The translations under genes were made by a program, and so were the position numbers. Shown piece by piece: positions 1 through 10,275 of a stretch of DNA of 64,000 nucleotides (the first letter of the stretch is position 1; the number at the start of each line of letters is the position of its first letter). Origin of the DNA: Patescibacteria group bacterium (GTDB lineage Bacteria > Patescibacteriota > Minisyncoccia > Phycocordibacterales > UBA9973); NCBI GenBank assembly GCA_038063515.1, contig JBBTUY010000001.1:10972-74971 (forward strand). The letters run 5' to 3'. The notes under the pieces are model-generated. The model was given only the letters and a program-made list of their open reading frames with translations, ran no database searches and was not told the origin of the DNA.

Positions 1-675
1 GATGGAGTAGTCATATACAACGAAGAAGACGAACATGTAAAAGAAATAGTAGAAGAGTATACAGGCAATAAAATTAGTTATGGCTCATACATAGAAGAAC
101 TACCAAAACTCTCAGTTCCTGGGATCCATAATAGGAAAAATGCCGCTTGTGCACTTGCTTTGGCGGATGCACTTAGTTTAAACAAAGAAGATGCAAAGAA
201 TTCACTTCAGAACTTCTTAGGCACTTGGAGACGACTTGATAGAAAAGGGGAAACTAAAGAAGGGACTATTGTTTATGATGATTACGCTCATCACCCAACA
301 GAGATACAGGCAAGTATACAGGGTTTACGTGAATTGTACCCAGTAGGTACTAAGAAAATTACCATAATCTTCCAGCCGCATTTGTATAGCCGTACTAAGG
401 CTCTCTTTGATGACTTTGTGAAAAGCTTTAAGGGTGCTGACCAGATACTACTTTTACCCATATATTTTGCTAGAGAGCAGAACGATCCGACTGTGTCTAG
501 TGAGAAATTAGCTATGGCTATGTGCATGGAGGGGGAGAATGTGCAGGCTTTTCCCGACTTTGCTTCTGCAGAAGCTGCTGTTTCGGCATTAAACTTAGGA
601 TCAAGTGACGTACTTGTCACCATGGGAGCAGGGGAAGCTTACAAAATTGGGGATAAGTTGCTAGTTAAAGTTTAA
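1..675 (+). CDS. murC: UDP-N-acetylmuramate--L-alanine ligase (5'-truncated by window edge)
   Basis: Frame open from base 1; motifs PGIHNRKNA, DDYAHHPTEI, FQPHLYSRT, TMGAGE. Confidence 0.92.
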   Translation, partial: DGVVIYNEEDEHVKEIVEEYTGNKISYGSYIEELPKLSVPGIHNRKNAACALALADALSLNKEDAKNSLQNFLGTWRRLDRKGETKEGTIVYDDYAHHPTEIQASIQGLRELYPVGTKKITIIFQPHLYSRTKALFDDFVKSFKGADQILLLPIYFAREQNDPTVSSEKLAMAMCMEGENVQAFPDFASAEAAVSALNLGSSDVLVTMGAGEAYKIGDKLLVKV

Positions 676-801
676 AAACCCACAAAATACCGAAATTTTT
701 CCGGTACGAATTTTTTTAAGCTTAAAAAATTCTGAAATTCTCAGCCCGTCGGCCTCGAAACCCCTCCAAAATTTGTATTTTATGTGTTTTTAAACTTTAA
801 C
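664..801. repeat. Long imperfect inverted-repeat element overlapping the murC stop codon
   Basis: GTTAAAGTTTAAAAAC (664-679) is the exact reverse complement of 786-801; further inner pairing and an internal hairpin GAATTTTTTTAAGCTTAAAAAATTC. Confidence 0.8.
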
Positions 802-925
802 CTGCTGTCGAGACTCAATACATCATCCAATCTTCATACTCTTTTGTCAAGGAGTTATGCCTAAAATACCCTTATAAAATAAGGATATTTTGCATTTGAC
901 ATATGAGAAAAACATGGTCTAACTA

Positions 926-954
926 TTGACTTTTTATTCAAAACATGCTAGTAT
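926..954 (+). promoter_or_regulatory. sigma70-type promoter with extended -10
   Basis: TTGACT-17 bp-TAGTAT with TG at the extended -10 position. Confidence 0.7.
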
Positions 955-1058
955 ATTAGTAAGTCCTTATCGTATAGGCGTAAAGCTTATTGAATAAGGA
1001 TTTTTCAGTTATAGCTTGTAAAAGAGCTTTGAGTTTGGCGGGGCAAAACCGCTACAAT

Positions 1059-1709
1059 ATGCAAAAGAAAAACTTAATACGCTTCATGGATTCTTTCGTT
1101 TTATTACCTCTCCTTACAATGTCTATGCCATTTAATGGCTTTATAAACAACATTGTAAAGACTGATATAAACAGTTATCCTCAAGTCGTATTAGCAAAAA
1201 AACAAAATACGGAGAAAGATGCTCTTGTAGCCTCCAATCAGGCTAAAGAAGCAGCTATCCAAATAAATGACCTTAAGGCGAAAGCCATAGATGCTTATTT
1301 TGAGGATCGTAATATGCCCTTAAAAGGAGTAGGTAAAAAGATGGTTGAGGAGGCAGAGAAAAATGACCTCGATTATCGTCTTCTACCAGCTATTGCAGTG
1401 CGTGAATCCACAGGGGGTAGACACGCTTGTATTATGGTACCAAACAACCCTTTTGGTTGGGGTTCTTGTAAGATAGGCTTTTCTTCAAACGATAAAGCTA
1501 TCGAAACAGTGGCCCGTAACCTAGGAGGTAACAATCCAAATACTGATCACCATTACGCTAATAAGACTACAAAGGAGATACTTCAGAAATACAATCCTCC
1601 TTCTATTGTGCCAAAGTATGCAGAGCAAGTGATGGGCATTATGGATGTTATTGGAGCTGCAGAAATTACATTAAATACTAACGTCGTTGCTATTAACGAT
1701 TCAAAATAA
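1059..1709 (+). CDS. Secreted lysozyme-like/glucosaminidase-domain cell wall hydrolase
   Basis: N-terminal hydrophobic segment; LLPAIAVRESTGG...NNPFGWG lysozyme-like motifs; start moved to ATG 1059. Confidence 0.65.
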   Translation: MQKKNLIRFMDSFVLLPLLTMSMPFNGFINNIVKTDINSYPQVVLAKKQNTEKDALVASNQAKEAAIQINDLKAKAIDAYFEDRNMPLKGVGKKMVEEAEKNDLDYRLLPAIAVRESTGGRHACIMVPNNPFGWGSCKIGFSSNDKAIETVARNLGGNNPNTDHHYANKTTKEILQKYNPPSIVPKYAEQVMGIMDVIGAAEITLNTNVVAINDSK

Positions 1710-1755
1710 TAAACAATAAAAAAACCCGCATATGCGGGTTTTTTTATTGTTTATT
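1708..1755. terminator. Bidirectional intrinsic terminator (48 bp perfect palindrome)
   Basis: AATAAACAATAAAAAAACCCGCAT/ATGCGGGTTTTTTTATTGTTTATT between convergent genes. Confidence 0.85.
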
Positions 1756-1763
1756 TCTATTAC

Positions 1764-2873
1764 CTATTCTAGGTGCACCAAAGTCATCTTTTGATCTTTT
1801 GGTTCAAAGAGAGTTATTTGGAAATTGTAGTTTTTTCCAAGCTCTAATTTTTCACGTAGTTTGGTTTCAGAAGTAAATGTAGAGTTGTGAACAAGACCAG
1901 CTACTCCTTCTTTTATGGATATGAGTGCGCCGTGTTTGTTGTATTTTATAACAACACCCTTAATGATGTCTCCTTTCTTTAGTTTACCTTCAAACTCCTT
2001 CCAAGGGTTTTCTTTTAGAGCCTTTGTAGATAGGGATATTTTACCATCTTTGATCTCTATTACTTTAGCTTGAACCTTATCACCAACTTTAAACATAGTA
2101 CGTGGATCGTCTACAAGACCCCAATCAAGCTCTGATATGTGTACAAGTCCTTCAAGTCCGTCTTCGAGTTTTAAGAACACACCGAAATCAACAATACCAG
2201 CTACAGCACAATCTACAGTATCTCCGATAGTGTACTTGCTTAGGATTTCTTTCTTTTCTTCTGGGTTGTTGTCTTTCTCAGAGAATATCAATTTACCTTC
2301 TTTAGGAAGTGTAGATATTATCATTACTCCGATACTCTGACCTACTAATTTCTTTAATTCCTTTAAGATCTTATCTTTGTCAGAATCAAGTACTCGAGGA
2401 TAGTGTTCGCTCTTTAACTGAGAAGCAGGTAAGAAACCTTGTATGCCTTGCCATTCTAGGATAAGTCCTCCTTTGTTTGCGTCTTTTATCTCTAGGTTTA
2501 GTACAGTTTTAGACTTTATAGCCTTTTCTGCTTCATTCCAGATTACTGCTTGTCGTGCTTCTTTTAGTGAGAGCTCTGTGTAGCCATCTTCGTTTTCTGT
2601 TTCTACGACTTTTGCTTTAATTACATCACCTAGGTTTATCTTCTTTATTATGTCTTTAGCATTTATGAACTCACGACCGTATATGATACCAGTACCAAAA
2701 GGTGAAAGGTCAACGAATACTGATGACTTTTTGACTAAAATCACAGGACCTTCTACGAGTGTGTCCACCTGAGGCTTGTTTATACTTTTCGCTACAATAG
2801 ACTTTAAAACAGGGTTTTCATCCTGATCTTCGTTGTTTATTTGAGCTACTACTTCTTTTTTAATATTACTCAT
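1764..2873 (-). CDS. rpsA: 30S ribosomal protein S1 (short form, about 4 S1 domains)
   Basis: Repeated S1 motifs (GFLPASQL, DFGVFLKL-GLEGLVHISEL). Confidence 0.88.
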   Translation of the reverse strand: MSNIKKEVVAQINNEDQDENPVLKSIVAKSINKPQVDTLVEGPVILVKKSSVFVDLSPFGTGIIYGREFINAKDIIKKINLGDVIKAKVVETENEDGYTELSLKEARQAVIWNEAEKAIKSKTVLNLEIKDANKGGLILEWQGIQGFLPASQLKSEHYPRVLDSDKDKILKELKKLVGQSIGVMIISTLPKEGKLIFSEKDNNPEEKKEILSKYTIGDTVDCAVAGIVDFGVFLKLEDGLEGLVHISELDWGLVDDPRTMFKVGDKVQAKVIEIKDGKISLSTKALKENPWKEFEGKLKKGDIIKGVVIKYNKHGALISIKEGVAGLVHNSTFTSETKLREKLELGKNYNFQITLFEPKDQKMTLVHLE

Positions 2874-3024
2874 TATTTTATATATAAATTAAAACATCCG
2901 CATGAAAGCGGATATAAGGCTAGGTTCTCTTTCTGCTTAATGCTTGAGAGGGTTATCCTAAATCCATACTTTTAATAAAAATACTTACTTTTAGTTTAGC
3001 AAAAAATATGCTATAATGCAAATA

Positions 3025-3651
3025 ATGATAATCACATATTTCGGCAAACAATTTTTTAAAATTACCCAAGGAGAGATGGTCTTAGCCTTCAATCCAGTGA
3101 GCAAGGATTCCAAACTAGACATTTCTACTAAGTTTGGGGCAGATATAGCCCTCGTTACCACAAACCATCCTTTTTACAATGGCATAGAGCAAGTCTCTCA
3201 TGGGGACAGGACACCCTTTACCATCACTGGTCCTGGGGATTATGAGATTAAAGACATATTTATTAAAGGTGTGTTATCTGACGCATCTATCGGTGGTAAA
3301 AAGTATATAAACACTATCTATGCATTTTCTGTCGACAATGTAAAAATAGTCTTTTTAGGTGCATTAGGAGATGGAGGTTTATTAAAAGAGTCACTTGAAA
3401 TGATAAATAATCCTGACATACTTTTTATTCCCGTCGGAGGGGGTGACGTACTAGATGCAAAGTCTGCTGCCAAGCTAGCATCTTCACTCGAACCAAAAAT
3501 GATAATTCCAATGGATTATGACGCAGTCTCCCTTAAAGCATTTTTGAAAGAGACAGCAGAGGAAAAGGCAGAAGTCGTAGAAAAATTAACTTTGAAATTA
3601 AAAGACTTAGATGGCAAGGAGGGTGAAGTACTAGTTTTGAAAGCTATATGA
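3025..3651 (+). CDS. MBL-fold metallo-hydrolase-like protein
   Basis: ITYFGKQFFKI, GPGDYEIKDIFIKG, DILFIPVGGG, PKMIIPMDY; metal ligands look degenerate; ATG 3025 follows TGnTATAAT. Confidence 0.7.
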   Translation: MIITYFGKQFFKITQGEMVLAFNPVSKDSKLDISTKFGADIALVTTNHPFYNGIEQVSHGDRTPFTITGPGDYEIKDIFIKGVLSDASIGGKKYINTIYAFSVDNVKIVFLGALGDGGLLKESLEMINNPDILFIPVGGGDVLDAKSAAKLASSLEPKMIIPMDYDAVSLKAFLKETAEEKAEVVEKLTLKLKDLDGKEGEVLVLKAI

Positions 3652-3860
3652 GGAAATTTATCCATAACATAAGAAGACAATCAGACGAAACTAAGAGACA
3701 CATCTTGCACGGCCTCACTCTGTTTTGTGCTTGTTTACTTTTCGTACTTTGGGTATATTCTTTAAGTGGGGGTTTGATTAATGAAGCTTCAGAAGCAGAG
3801 ATTCAAAATGAAGCGAACCCCCTTTCTGTATTAAAAGATAATATTACACCGTTATGGTAA
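3648..3860 (+). CDS. Small single-pass membrane protein
   Basis: 70 aa ORF with one TM helix, overlapping both neighbours in the same strand. Confidence 0.6.
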   Translation: MRKFIHNIRRQSDETKRHILHGLTLFCACLLFVLWVYSLSGGLINEASEAEIQNEANPLSVLKDNITPLW

Positions 3861-6313
3861 AGAAGATTGAAGAATTAGAAAAAGAACCTCCAAAAGACGA
3901 AATCCTACAAGTTGACGTAGTTAAGGAGATGAAAGAGTCATACCTTGCGTATGCTATGTCTGTTATTACGTCACGTGCATTGCCTGACGTTAGAGACGGA
4001 CTCAAGCCTGTGCACAGGAGAATTCTCTTTGCTATGAATGAAATGGGGCTCACTGCTAGTGCACGTTTTCGTAAGTCTGCTGCAGTAGTCGGAGATGTGC
4101 TTGGAAAATACCATCCACACGGAGATGTGGCTGTGTACGACTCTATGGTGGGTATGGCACAAGAGTTTTCATACAGGTATCCTTTCATATTAGGCCAAGG
4201 TAACTTTGGTTCTATAGATGGAGACAATGCAGCTGCTATGCGTTATACCGAGGCTAAAATGTCTAAAATTTCTTCAGAGCTTATGAGGGATTTAGAAAAG
4301 GAGACAGTAGACTATCGTCCTAACTACGATCAGACTCGCAAAGAGCCAATAGTTTTTCCTTCATCTGTACCGGCACTTCTTTTAAACGGGACTCTCGGTA
4401 TTGCTGTTGGTATGGCGACAAATATCCCTTCGCACAATTTAGGCGAGGTTCTTGATGCAACAAGCCATCTGATTGAAAACGAAGATGCTACTACAGAAGA
4501 TTTAATGCAATTTGTAAAAGGACCTGATTTCCCTACAGGGGGCATAGCATACGGATACAAAGACATGCTTCACGCATACTCTGGTGGACGTGGTGGAGTG
4601 GTCACTAGAGGTGAAGCAGAAATAGTAGAACAAAAAGACGGTAATTTTTCTATAATTATTACTTCTATTCCTTTTAGAGTAAACAAAGCAAATCTAATCA
4701 TGGCTATTGCAGAATTAGTCCAAGAGAAAAAGCTTGAGGGTATAAAAGGCCTTCGTGATGAGTCTACGAGAGACATTCGTGTCGTTATAGATCTAAAGCC
4801 TAGCGCCCATCCAGAAAAAGTTTTAAATTATATTTACAAAAACACTCAGCTCGAGTCAAATTTCAATTTTAACATGGTAGCACTTGTGGACGGTGTGCCT
4901 CAGACTCTGTCTCTTAAGTCTATACTCGAGCAATTTATTTTACATAGAAAAGAAGTAGTACGAAGACGAAGTGAATACGATCTTAAAAAAGCACAAGAAC
5001 GTGAACACATTTTGCTTGGTTTGAAAAAAGCACTCGACAAGATTGATCGTGTTATCACCATCATTCGTGGCTCTAAGAATTCTCAAATTGCAAAACTAAA
5101 CTTAATGAAAGAATTTAAGTTTTCAGATTTACAGGCTACTGCCATACTTGAGATGAAGCTTTCAAAGCTCGCTGGTCTTGAGAGAAAGGCAGTGGAAGAT
5201 GAATTGAAAGAAAAACAAAATTTCATAGCAGAAATGAAAGATCTTCTTGCAAGTCCAAAAAAGATTTTGAAACTTATCGCAACAGAATTAAAAGAAATTC
5301 GTGAAAAATACGCAGACGAAAGAAGAACAAAGATCATCAAAGGGGGAGTAAAAGAAATCTCTGATGAAGATCTCGTGCCAGAAAAGGAGACTATGCTTGT
5401 GCTTACTGCCGGAGGATATGTAAAGTGTACAGATCCTAAAGAATACAAGTCACAAAAGCGTGGCGGTGTCGGCGTGATCGATCTTGAAACTAAAGAAGAA
5501 GACTTTGTTACAATGCTTGTCTCTGGTTCTACACATAGCAACATGCTTTTCTTCACAAACCTTGGTAAAGCATATCAAATGAAAATGTATGACATACCTG
5601 AGGGTCATCGTGCTACAAAAGGTAAGTCCATCATGAATTTCCTCTCACTTTCCGGTGATGAAAAGGTAAGCTCAATACTCGCCATGCCTAAAGATTTAAA
5701 TAAATCTTCTGCTTCACTTCTGCTTGTGACAAAAGACGGCACAGCAAAGAAAATGGCAAGTTCAAGCTTCCATGATGTGAGGAGGAGCGGAATCATAGCT
5801 ATTCGTCTCGACAAAGGCGACGAGCTCGTGGCCGCACTGAGTGTGGACAAAGGTGATGAGGTAATGATTGCAACAGGCGACGGACAAGCAATAAGATTTA
5901 AAGAGTCTGATGTGCGTGAAATGGGTAGAACTGCAGGAGGAGTTACCGGTATGAAATTAAAGAAAGGGGATATTGTCATAGGTGTGGATGTTATTAAAAA
6001 GGAACACAAAGATGGAACATTCCTCACCATGAGTGCAAATGGTTTTGGTAAAAAGACCAATCTTAAAGAATACAAAGTTCAGAAACGTGGTGGCTCTGGT
6101 ATAAAGACTGCAAAGGTTACAGGAAAGACAGGTAAGCTCATTGTCGCAAAAGTTCTAGCAGGGGAGGAAGAAGAGCTCGTAGCTATGTCTAAAAAAGGTC
6201 AGGTCATACGTACAGCACTCAAAGATATCTCAGCACTTGGTCGTCAGACACAAGGTGTCACGATAATGCGCCTACGCGCAGGTGACGGCATTGCATCACT
6301 TGCGTGCATATAA
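3854..6313 (+). CDS. gyrA: DNA gyrase subunit A
   Basis: [26 protein letters not shown], GyrA box QKRGGVG, C-terminal beta-pinwheel repeats. Confidence 0.97.
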   Translation: MVKKIEELEKEPPKDEILQVDVVKEMKESYLAYAMSVITSRALPDVRDGLKPVHRRILFAMNEMGLTASARFRKSAAVVGDVLGKYHPHGDVAVYDSMVGMAQEFSYRYPFILGQGNFGSIDGDNAAAMRYTEAKMSKISSELMRDLEKETVDYRPNYDQTRKEPIVFPSSVPALLLNGTLGIAVGMATNIPSHNLGEVLDATSHLIENEDATTEDLMQFVKGPDFPTGGIAYGYKDMLHAYSGGRGGVVTRGEAEIVEQKDGNFSIIITSIPFRVNKANLIMAIAELVQEKKLEGIKGLRDESTRDIRVVIDLKPSAHPEKVLNYIYKNTQLESNFNFNMVALVDGVPQTLSLKSILEQFILHRKEVVRRRSEYDLKKAQEREHILLGLKKALDKIDRVITIIRGSKNSQIAKLNLMKEFKFSDLQATAILEMKLSKLAGLERKAVEDELKEKQNFIAEMKDLLASPKKILKLIATELKEIREKYADERRTKIIKGGVKEISDEDLVPEKETMLVLTAGGYVKCTDPKEYKSQKRGGVGVIDLETKEEDFVTMLVSGSTHSNMLFFTNLGKAYQMKMYDIPEGHRATKGKSIMNFLSLSGDEKVSSILAMPKDLNKSSASLLLVTKDGTAKKMASSSFHDVRRSGIIAIRLDKGDELVAALSVDKGDEVMIATGDGQAIRFKESDVREMGRTAGGVTGMKLKKGDIVIGVDVIKKEHKDGTFLTMSANGFGKKTNLKEYKVQKRGGSGIKTAKVTGKTGKLIVAKVLAGEEEELVAMSKKGQVIRTALKDISALGRQTQGVTIMRLRAGDGIASLACI

Positions 6314-6328
6314 TATAATGTCTAAAAG

Positions 6329-6904
6329 ATGACAAACACAAAAATACAAATAGCCTTCAGAGATTTTAATGTAACATATTTTAAACCGGATAATAAAGAA
6401 ATTGTAATTTTTTCGTTAGGTAATTGTGAGATTGGAATACCCATTGTACGTATTCACTCTTCTTGCTTGTTTGGGGAAGCTTTTAATTCACAAGATTGTG
6501 ATTGCGCACAACAACTCAATGCTACTATTAAAAGAATTGTTCAAAATGGTGCAGGTATCATAGTTTATGTTTTTGAAGAAGGTAGAGGGATAGGGCTAGA
6601 AAATAAAATAAAAGCAATAGAAATTGAACGTACAGAAGAGGTAGACACAGTAGAGGCTTTTAGAAAATTAGGCTTTGAACCAGACCCGCGAGATTTGGAT
6701 ATTCCAGCTAAAATACTTTCAGATTTAAACACAAGTAAAACTATTGGATTATTTTCTGGAAATCCAAAAAAGAAACAATCATTAGAAAAGTTCGGATTTA
6801 AAATTGTTGAAGAATATGAAACTAGTGAACCTTTATTATCAGTAGTAGCAAAAAAGGAAAAAGAAACTAAACGTACAAAACTCGGATATAGTTACAAAAA
6901 ATAA
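6329..6904 (+). CDS. GTP cyclohydrolase II (RibA) family protein, divergent
   Basis: VRIHSSC...CDC zinc ligands, EGRGIGLENKIKA, DTVEA..LGF..DPR. Confidence 0.8.
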   Translation: MTNTKIQIAFRDFNVTYFKPDNKEIVIFSLGNCEIGIPIVRIHSSCLFGEAFNSQDCDCAQQLNATIKRIVQNGAGIIVYVFEEGRGIGLENKIKAIEIERTEEVDTVEAFRKLGFEPDPRDLDIPAKILSDLNTSKTIGLFSGNPKKKQSLEKFGFKIVEEYETSEPLLSVVAKKEKETKRTKLGYSYKK

Positions 6905-7230
6905 TGTTTAAAATCATAAAAATTTTCTTAAACACAATACCTATAATTTTTATGGTTTTTCTGATACCCATTGTGGAGGATGATTATTTGCTCACTGGTA
7001 TCTATATAGCAATAATCATCGCTCTTTTTTCATTTAAAAAAGAACGAAAAGAAATACTCATCTTTACTCTCGGATTTTTCTCTATGATATTTTTTGAGTA
7101 TATCTTTATAAGTACTGGAGTAGAAACTTTTTTAAGAAATAGTTTATTCGGCATAATGCCACTCTGGCTTCCATTTCTCTGGGGTTATGGTTTTGTAGTT
7201 ATTAAGCGCTCTACCTACCTATTAAATTAA
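6904..7230 (+). CDS. Small integral membrane protein
   Basis: About 4 hydrophobic helices; GIMPLWLPFLWG motif. Confidence 0.65.
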   Translation: MFKIIKIFLNTIPIIFMVFLIPIVEDDYLLTGIYIAIIIALFSFKKERKEILIFTLGFFSMIFFEYIFISTGVETFLRNSLFGIMPLWLPFLWGYGFVVIKRSTYLLN

Positions 7231-7235
7231 CTCTG

Positions 7236-7256
7236 TGTCAAAGACCGTCTTTGACA
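7236..7256. repeat. REP-like palindrome at the 3' end of the RAYT gene
   Basis: TGTCAAAGAC-C-GTCTTTGACA. Confidence 0.85.
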
Positions 7257-7873
7257 GTACCTTCCTTGCATAATTCTAGTGTTTCTTGCTCAAAATCTTT
7301 TTCGTCAAATGTGGACATTATGAGATCTTTAGATAGTATTGTTAGATTTCTTTTGTTTATGAAATCTATGTAACTACTCCATGGATATTCTCTGGGGTGT
7401 TGCGTCATTTTAGCTTTGACAGGATTCATATGCATATATGCTGATATCCACATTAACTGAGGATTATTTTGTATTAGTACAGCTTTGAATTTATCTTGAA
7501 AAACATGCCCAACTCTTTTGTATTTTTTGTTTATGTATTTAGAATAACTTGTACAGAGTTTTGAAATTAATTTTGAAATTGGAACATCTTTAGTTTGTTC
7601 TATGAGTAAATGAAAATGATTCGGCATCAAACAGAAAGCGTGGAGCTTAAAGTCACCCTTAACAGTTCCAGTAATTCTAATTCTTGAGTAGGGCATAGAA
7701 GTTAGCTTCTCTTTATTTAGTTCTTCTTCGGTAAATCCTAAGCATAGTCCGAGTCTAAAAAGAAAAGCTGTGTGATCTTGATTGTCAAAAAATATTTTTT
7801 CTTTGTTGTTACCACGATTGTAGATATGTAAAATATTGCCAGAGGCAAAATTTTTATAGTCTCTATTGTTCAT
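7238..7873 (-). mobile_element. REP-associated tyrosine transposase (RAYT, Y1/HUH family)
   Basis: HIYNRGNNKEKIF, FCLMPNHFHLL (HUH), GHVFQDKFK, YMHMNPVKA, YPWSSY. Confidence 0.9.
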
Positions 7874-7883
7874 AATTATATTA

Positions 7884-7904
7884 TGTCAAAGACGGTCTTT
7901 GACA
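7884..7904. repeat. REP-like palindrome upstream of the RAYT gene
   Basis: TGTCAAAGAC-G-GTCTTTGACA, the reverse complement of the 7236-7256 copy. Confidence 0.85.
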
Positions 7905-7966
7905 ACAAGTGTATAACTTAGATTTTGTCTAATGCATACAATATTTTTTTGAGTTATAATTAAATA

Positions 7967-8497
7967 ATGTTCTCTGATCCGGTAAAAAATTTAAAATTGT
8001 TTGGACTAAGAGAAGATAGTATTGTTGCAGACTTGGGAGCTGGGACAGGATTTTATTCTGTGGCTGCGGGGGGCATGGTTCCAAAAGGGAAAGTTTATGC
8101 TATTGAAATAGTAAAAGACTTTTTAACAACAATCAAAAACAAAGTAAAAGACGCACATTTAGACAATGTAGACATCATCTGGGGCAATGTAGAGGACAAA
8201 CACGGCACACATTTGGCTGACAGCATAGTGGACGCAGTTATTGCTTCTAATATTTTCTTCCAAGTAGAAGACAAAAATCAATTTATCGAAGAAATAAAAA
8301 GAATATTAAAACCTTCTGGGAAAATACTTATCATTGACTGGCTTCCCGAAGATTCAAAAGATGCTTTACCTATCAAATTCAAAGGCTCTATGTCTAAAGA
8401 AAGGGCACGGGAGATGTTTGAGAAAAAAGGTCTTTTGTTTGATCGTGACATAGACGCAGGTGTGCATCATTATGGTATGATATTAAAAAAGCAATGA
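7967..8497 (+). CDS. Class I SAM-dependent methyltransferase
   Basis: VADLGAGTG motif I; RILKPSGKILIIDW. Confidence 0.85.
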   Translation: MFSDPVKNLKLFGLREDSIVADLGAGTGFYSVAAGGMVPKGKVYAIEIVKDFLTTIKNKVKDAHLDNVDIIWGNVEDKHGTHLADSIVDAVIASNIFFQVEDKNQFIEEIKRILKPSGKILIIDWLPEDSKDALPIKFKGSMSKERAREMFEKKGLLFDRDIDAGVHHYGMILKKQ

Positions 8498-9789
8498 AGG
8501 CAAGCTTCCAAATTATATTTATAGTTTTATTTATAGCATCTGCCATATTTGGTGTCTTAGTTTTTTCTGGAATTATAAAACTAGGTGGTGATGATGCTTC
8601 CTCGACTGGTGGTACGGTAGTGCTTTGGGGTACCATTCGAAGTGAAGTTATGGTCGGAGCCCTCGAAGGTTTTAATAACAATAATCAAAATTTTAATGTA
8701 AAGTATGTACAAAAGTCAGCAGAGACTTTCGACAACGACTTACTCGAAGCCCTCGCATCTGGCAAAGGTCCAGATATGTATTTCTTGCCTGACAACCTTG
8801 CGTATCACTATGCAAACAAAATAGGCATCATACCTTACACGAGCTATTCACTCACTTCCTTTAAGAACAACTTTGCCGGAGCAGGGGAAGTTTTCCTCAC
8901 CCCTACGGGGCTACTCGCCTTTCCTATGACCATAGACCCTCTTGTGATGTATTACAACAGGAGCACTTTTGACTCAAATGGTATTATTTATCCACCAACT
9001 ACTTGGGATGAGATCTCAAATGACATAGTTCCTGTTCTTACAAAAAAGAATGAATTAAATAAAATAACAAAAAGTGCAGTGGCACTCGGGCATTTCTCAA
9101 ACGTAAATCATTCAAAAGACATCCTAGCAACTCTTTTCATGCAGGCAAAGAATCCCATTACGACTTTAAATGGCGGAAGACTTCGATCTTCTTTGAGTGA
9201 TTTAAATCCTAAATACAATTTAGGTTCTGTGCTTAAGTTTTATACTGATTTTGCCGACCCATCTCATCCTACTTATTCTTGGAATAAATCTTTTTCAAAT
9301 TCTCTAAATACATTTAGCTCTGAAGACCTCGCTATTTATTTTGGTTTTGCATCTGAGCTGAAGTCTCTCGTAGATAGGAATCCAAATCAGAATTTCTCTG
9401 TAGCACCAGTTCCTCAGATCAAAGGCGAATCTGTTAAAGTCACGGGTGCGAGAGTCATGGGGCTTGCCATATCTTCATTTTCTAAGAATTTTAATACTGC
9501 ATTTACCGCAGCTAGTCTCATGGCAACAGGGGACTTTGCATCTAAGCTCTCTCTTGCTTTAAGTGTGCCCCCTGCAAGGAGAGATTTGCTTGCCATAAAG
9601 CCTGTGGACTCTTATTCACCAATATTTTACAATTCTGCATTATATGCGAGAAGCTACCTTGATCCTTCTTCAGATCAGACAGATGATATTTTCCGTACTA
9701 TGATTGACGGTGTGCTTTCTAACAACATGACCCCAAACGATGCCATATCAGACGCAAGTTCCAAATTAGATCTTTTACTAGCTAAGTAA
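8494..9789 (+). CDS. Extracellular solute-binding protein (family 1-like), membrane anchored
   Basis: N-terminal TM; LASGKGPD, LVMYYNR, PPTTWDE motifs. Confidence 0.8.
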   Translation: MKASFQIIFIVLFIASAIFGVLVFSGIIKLGGDDASSTGGTVVLWGTIRSEVMVGALEGFNNNNQNFNVKYVQKSAETFDNDLLEALASGKGPDMYFLPDNLAYHYANKIGIIPYTSYSLTSFKNNFAGAGEVFLTPTGLLAFPMTIDPLVMYYNRSTFDSNGIIYPPTTWDEISNDIVPVLTKKNELNKITKSAVALGHFSNVNHSKDILATLFMQAKNPITTLNGGRLRSSLSDLNPKYNLGSVLKFYTDFADPSHPTYSWNKSFSNSLNTFSSEDLAIYFGFASELKSLVDRNPNQNFSVAPVPQIKGESVKVTGARVMGLAISSFSKNFNTAFTAASLMATGDFASKLSLALSVPPARRDLLAIKPVDSYSPIFYNSALYARSYLDPSSDQTDDIFRTMIDGVLSNNMTPNDAISDASSKLDLLLAK

Positions 9790-9800
9790 TTTATGTTTAT

Positions 9801-10238
9801 ATGAAAAGCTTAACCAAAATTTTAATTTCTTCTTTAGTTTTTATAATTCTCTTGACCCCTGTCATATCTTTTGCCTTTTTGGATTTAAGACAAGGCTTAG
9901 TGACATGTGGTAGAGGTGTAGCTCCTGGTGTACCCGAAGCATACACCCACCCATGTGGATTTAACGACATGATGGATTTTATAAATAACCTTATTCATTT
10001 TGTATTATTTTTCTTAGCTTTACCTATCGCTGCTATAATGGTTGCATATGCAGGATTTTTACTTGTTACCGCAGGAGAAGAGAGTGGCCATGCACGGCAA
10101 AAAGCAAAGAACATATTTACTCATGCTGTTGTCGGCCTTGTCATAGCCATTGCTTCGTGGCTCATTATTCGCTCAGTACTGTCTATAGTAGGATACGATG
10201 GGGCATGGATAGGTTTACCTAAAACAAATGTATTTTAA
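9801..10238 (+). CDS. TrbC/VirB2-like pilin family membrane protein
   Basis: Signal peptide, Cys pair, TM-(AG..KAK)-TM hairpin. Confidence 0.7.
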   Translation: MKSLTKILISSLVFIILLTPVISFAFLDLRQGLVTCGRGVAPGVPEAYTHPCGFNDMMDFINNLIHFVLFFLALPIAAIMVAYAGFLLVTAGEESGHARQKAKNIFTHAVVGLVIAIASWLIIRSVLSIVGYDGAWIGLPKTNVF

Positions 10239-10275
10239 TTTTGCCAAAAATTCAATTTGGCGTTACAATATAAAT

